Assembly: GCA_000004985.1 (NCBI GenBank)
Contig: GG738921.1
Direction: 5' to 3' (one strand)
DNA: 64,000 nt
DNA from: Naegleria gruberi
Taxonomy: Eukaryota
Part shown: positions 61,474 through 64,000 of the stretch, piece after piece
How positions within the stretch are numbered: position 1 is the first letter of the stretch
Layout: every line of letters begins with the position of its first letter
The notes under the pieces: generated by a model
Seen by the model: only the letters and a program-made list of their open reading frames with translations
The model's database searches: none
Told to the model about the DNA's origin: nothing
Program-made: the position numbers and the translations under genes

Positions 61474-63277
61474 ATGGCGCAAGATAACACCACGGATGAA
61501 TTGAATGAATTTTTTAATGATTTATTGGAGAGCAATGTGGAAGGAGGAGATAATCCCCTCCTACAGCAACAAGAACAAGAACAACAAGATGATGAATTAT
61601 TGCATCCTATATCATGTTCCTATTGTCGGAAAAACCATCGGTACGTGTGTGGTTCTTTAGAATTATAATTAATAATATTAAATTAAATTAAATAGAAAGT
61701 GTGGTATGTAATTTATCAGCTGATGCCGATTGTGACCAGAATAATAATTACATCATAAATGATGAAATAGATAGAAAGAAGCCTTCATGTACTAATTGTG
61801 TGAGAAAGGGAGTTGTTTGTAACTATTCGGATCCATTAAAGAAGGGAAGAAAAAAGAAATCGGAAAAGGAAGTGGAGGAAATTCATGAAGAGAAGAAGAA
61901 AAATTCTTCAAAGAAAGCTGTTAGTAGTAGTAGTAGTGGAAGTAGTCATCATTCAACAACAACCTCTTCAGCAATTCCCTATAAAACAATTCATATCGAT
62001 TCCGATGATATTCTATTGAAAAGATCAACATTTGATTTATTTGGTCTATTGTACGTTGTTAGTAATTGTTTAAATAATTATTGACGATTGGAAATAGAGA
62101 TATACCAATTCAACAATCAGATTTTGAAAATTATTACAATATGGCTCAGAATGGAGTGTTAAAGGATGATGTTATTAATGCAATCTTATTTGGTTGTCAG
62201 GCTCTAATTGACCAAAGATTAGGAGATAAGGAAGCATCGAAATTATCATTTAATAAGGCAAGGAAACTCATACAACCATATTTTGATAATATTGATGATA
62301 TTAATGTAGGATGTGTCTACTTTTTATTTTGTTCGTTTGAAGCTTCAAATGCAAATTATAGAAAGGTAGCTCTATATTATAATATTTTGAAAACCTTTGT
62401 GGATGAAATTGTCAAAATGGAAAATTCCAACATCAAGTTGACAACACAAATGAAAAGGTTAAAAAGCAGGACTAGATTTATTGAAATGACTATGAGTACC
62501 TCTCAAGATATAGACTGTAATAATCCTCTAGCAATTGCCAAAATGTTTCCAAGACTGGTCTATGTTGCCACAGGAGTTGATGGATTTGCTGAACTATGTG
62601 CAAAATTAGAACATTTAGATAAGGACAGAATTGAAGAACATTTAGCTACTGTTGATTCTGTGTGCATATTCATGAACAATCATATGAGACAAATGGACGA
62701 AAGTGGTGATCGCAAAAATGTAATTGATTTAATGGGAAATATTGTTTCGAATGGAATGAAACTGGCTTCCTACCTCACAGTAGATAATGACAATTGGGAG
62801 AAGATAATGACTTACTCGACCAATATTACTACAGCAACAGAGAATCCACTCTTTGTATTTCTTCCAGCGGCTGTTGTGTCTCATGTTGCCATGGCAGCTA
62901 AACAACATTTGAGACTGTGGTCCTTAATCAGATTGGGAATGGTTTCAGATTTCTTCCAAGGAAAAAACACTCTCTCACAATTAATCTATCAAAGTTATAG
63001 AGCTCTCAGTATTCTCTCCACTCGATTCGATCGCGTCCAAAAATTCTACTCTGATCTCTATCAAGAATTGGAACACTTCATTAAGGAATACTTTACCCAA
63101 CAAAATCAACTTGATTCCACCCTTCTCAACAATACTACTATTGTTATTGATAACAACACTGCAACAACTACAAATGAACCTTTATTACCTGACCTACAAC
63201 CACCACCACCAGAAAGTTCATTCACAAGCATGCTTGATGATTCTTTCTTTTTCGATCCACCACAACATTTTGAATAA
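61474..63277 (+). CDS. Zn(II)2Cys6 (Gal4-type) binuclear cluster transcription factor (about 565 aa, 3 exons; second exon boundary ambiguous)
   Basis: ATG at 61474 follows an A-run. Exon 1 ends at 61640 (CSYCRKNHR) at a GTACGT donor. Exon 2 runs about 61700-62050 and contains PSCTNCVRKGVVCNY and a basic region. A 47-nt intron follows, and exon 3 is 62098-63277. Confidence 0.7.
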
Positions 63278-63505
63278 CTTCAACTATCTCACATTCCGAA
63301 AACGATCTCATACGCTTTCTCCTATCTAATTCTGCTTTGGGAAACGAGACACAAATTTAAAAAATCAACCATCACAGAACTCAAGATTTGTTGCCAACAC
63401 AATCCTTTCAAACAACCAATTATCAAAAACAAAAGCTTCCTCTTCCTGCCACAGGTTTTTTAATTTTCTCCAATCTAACTTTGTTGTTTTGAGTTTGGGA
63501 AGATC

Positions 63506-64000
63506 ATGGAAAGTTATTGTTCATTGGATGAAGACAAGATGATGATGTATTCAAAGAAGCCGGATAATAGTAATGATAACGATAATAGTACTGGAACACA
63601 AACATCATCAAATTGTGGATGTATTGAAAATAATAACAATGATGAAGAAGTAGAACAACAACATGCTGACCAGCAACAACAACAACAGAAAATAGATAAT
63701 GATGAATTGTTAATGGAAATGATTCTAAATAACATACTGCCTATTAATGATAGCAGTGATGATAGTATTACAGCAATATCATCATCCTCAGCAAAATTAT
63801 TATCTAATAATTATTATAATACAGAAAGTAACAATAATTTATCTACCGAAGAAGAACCATCATCATCAACAATGGAAGAAGAGCAAGCTACACTATTGGC
63901 TGATGAAGAATCTGCCAATTATAACATTATCTCTGATTCTTGCTCTACTACATCATCTAACAACTCTAATAACACAACATGCTCAACAAGCACTAATTAT
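63506..64000 (+). CDS. 5' part of a low-complexity (N/S/D/E-rich) protein gene that continues beyond the right edge
   Basis: ATG at 63506 (MESYCSLDEDKMMMYSKKPDN ...). The frame stays open for 165 codons to base 64000. It is not in the ORF track because it is open-ended; the minus ORF 63514-63735 is its antisense shadow. Confidence 0.5.
   Translation, partial: MESYCSLDEDKMMMYSKKPDNSNDNDNSTGTQTSSNCGCIENNNNDEEVEQQHADQQQQQQKIDNDELLMEMILNNILPINDSSDDSITAISSSSAKLLSNNYYNTESNNNLSTEEEPSSSTMEEEQATLLADEESANYNIISDSCSTTSSNNSNNTTCSTSTNY

Noticed and set aside
1-64000. Prokaryotic-style systems (CRISPR arrays, operons, defence islands, integrons)
   Set aside because: The window has spliceosomal introns, eukaryotic gene families and monocistronic A-run/ATG starts. 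No direct-repeat/spacer array or Shine-Dalgarno-linked gene strings are present.

Overview
This window is eukaryotic nuclear DNA from a draft scaffold with two N-gaps. It is not a prokaryotic locus. I count about 40 tightly packed protein-coding genes on both strands, 2 tRNA genes and 1 tRNA-derived fragment. Introns are short GTAAGT/GTATGT...AG types of 41-114 nt, with outliers of 221 and 303 nt. A-runs sit directly 5' of most ATGs, coding regions carry poly-Q/N/H tracts, and the spacers are AT-rich. By inference, the composition and gene content look like a dictyostelid social amoeba: TKL receptor kinases, an ABCB half-transporter, many F-box/LRR genes, and an intron-containing tRNA-Tyr. Confident housekeeping calls are VPS53, PheRS beta, an ABCB transporter, two MDR-type dehydrogenases, an Arf-like GTPase and a PARP-type ADP-ribosyltransferase. 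I saw no CRISPR array, operon or recognisable transposon. The observations most worth a second look are: (1) a CpG-containing 9-mer, TTTCGAATA, strongly over-represented in introns and gene-end spacers, often in phased or inverted pairs; (2) a stand-alone Swt1-type HEPN domain fused to a TAP-C-like module; (3) a 30-kb run of five F-box-like genes, including an F-box/Rab-like GTPase fusion and an F-box/LRR/MATH giant; (4) a protein kinase fused to DUF4116 repeats; (5) a DNMT1-RFD + ZZ protein; (6) a T4 Rnl2-type RNA ligase; (7) a 52-nt tRNA-Gly-like element that lacks exactly the anticodon arm; (8) a decayed actin-related gene and a 5'-truncated MFS gene. Five otherwise good genes carry single frame breaks, which I cannot tell apart from draft sequencing errors. 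All domain calls are by-eye motif recognition and need HMM or BLAST confirmation.
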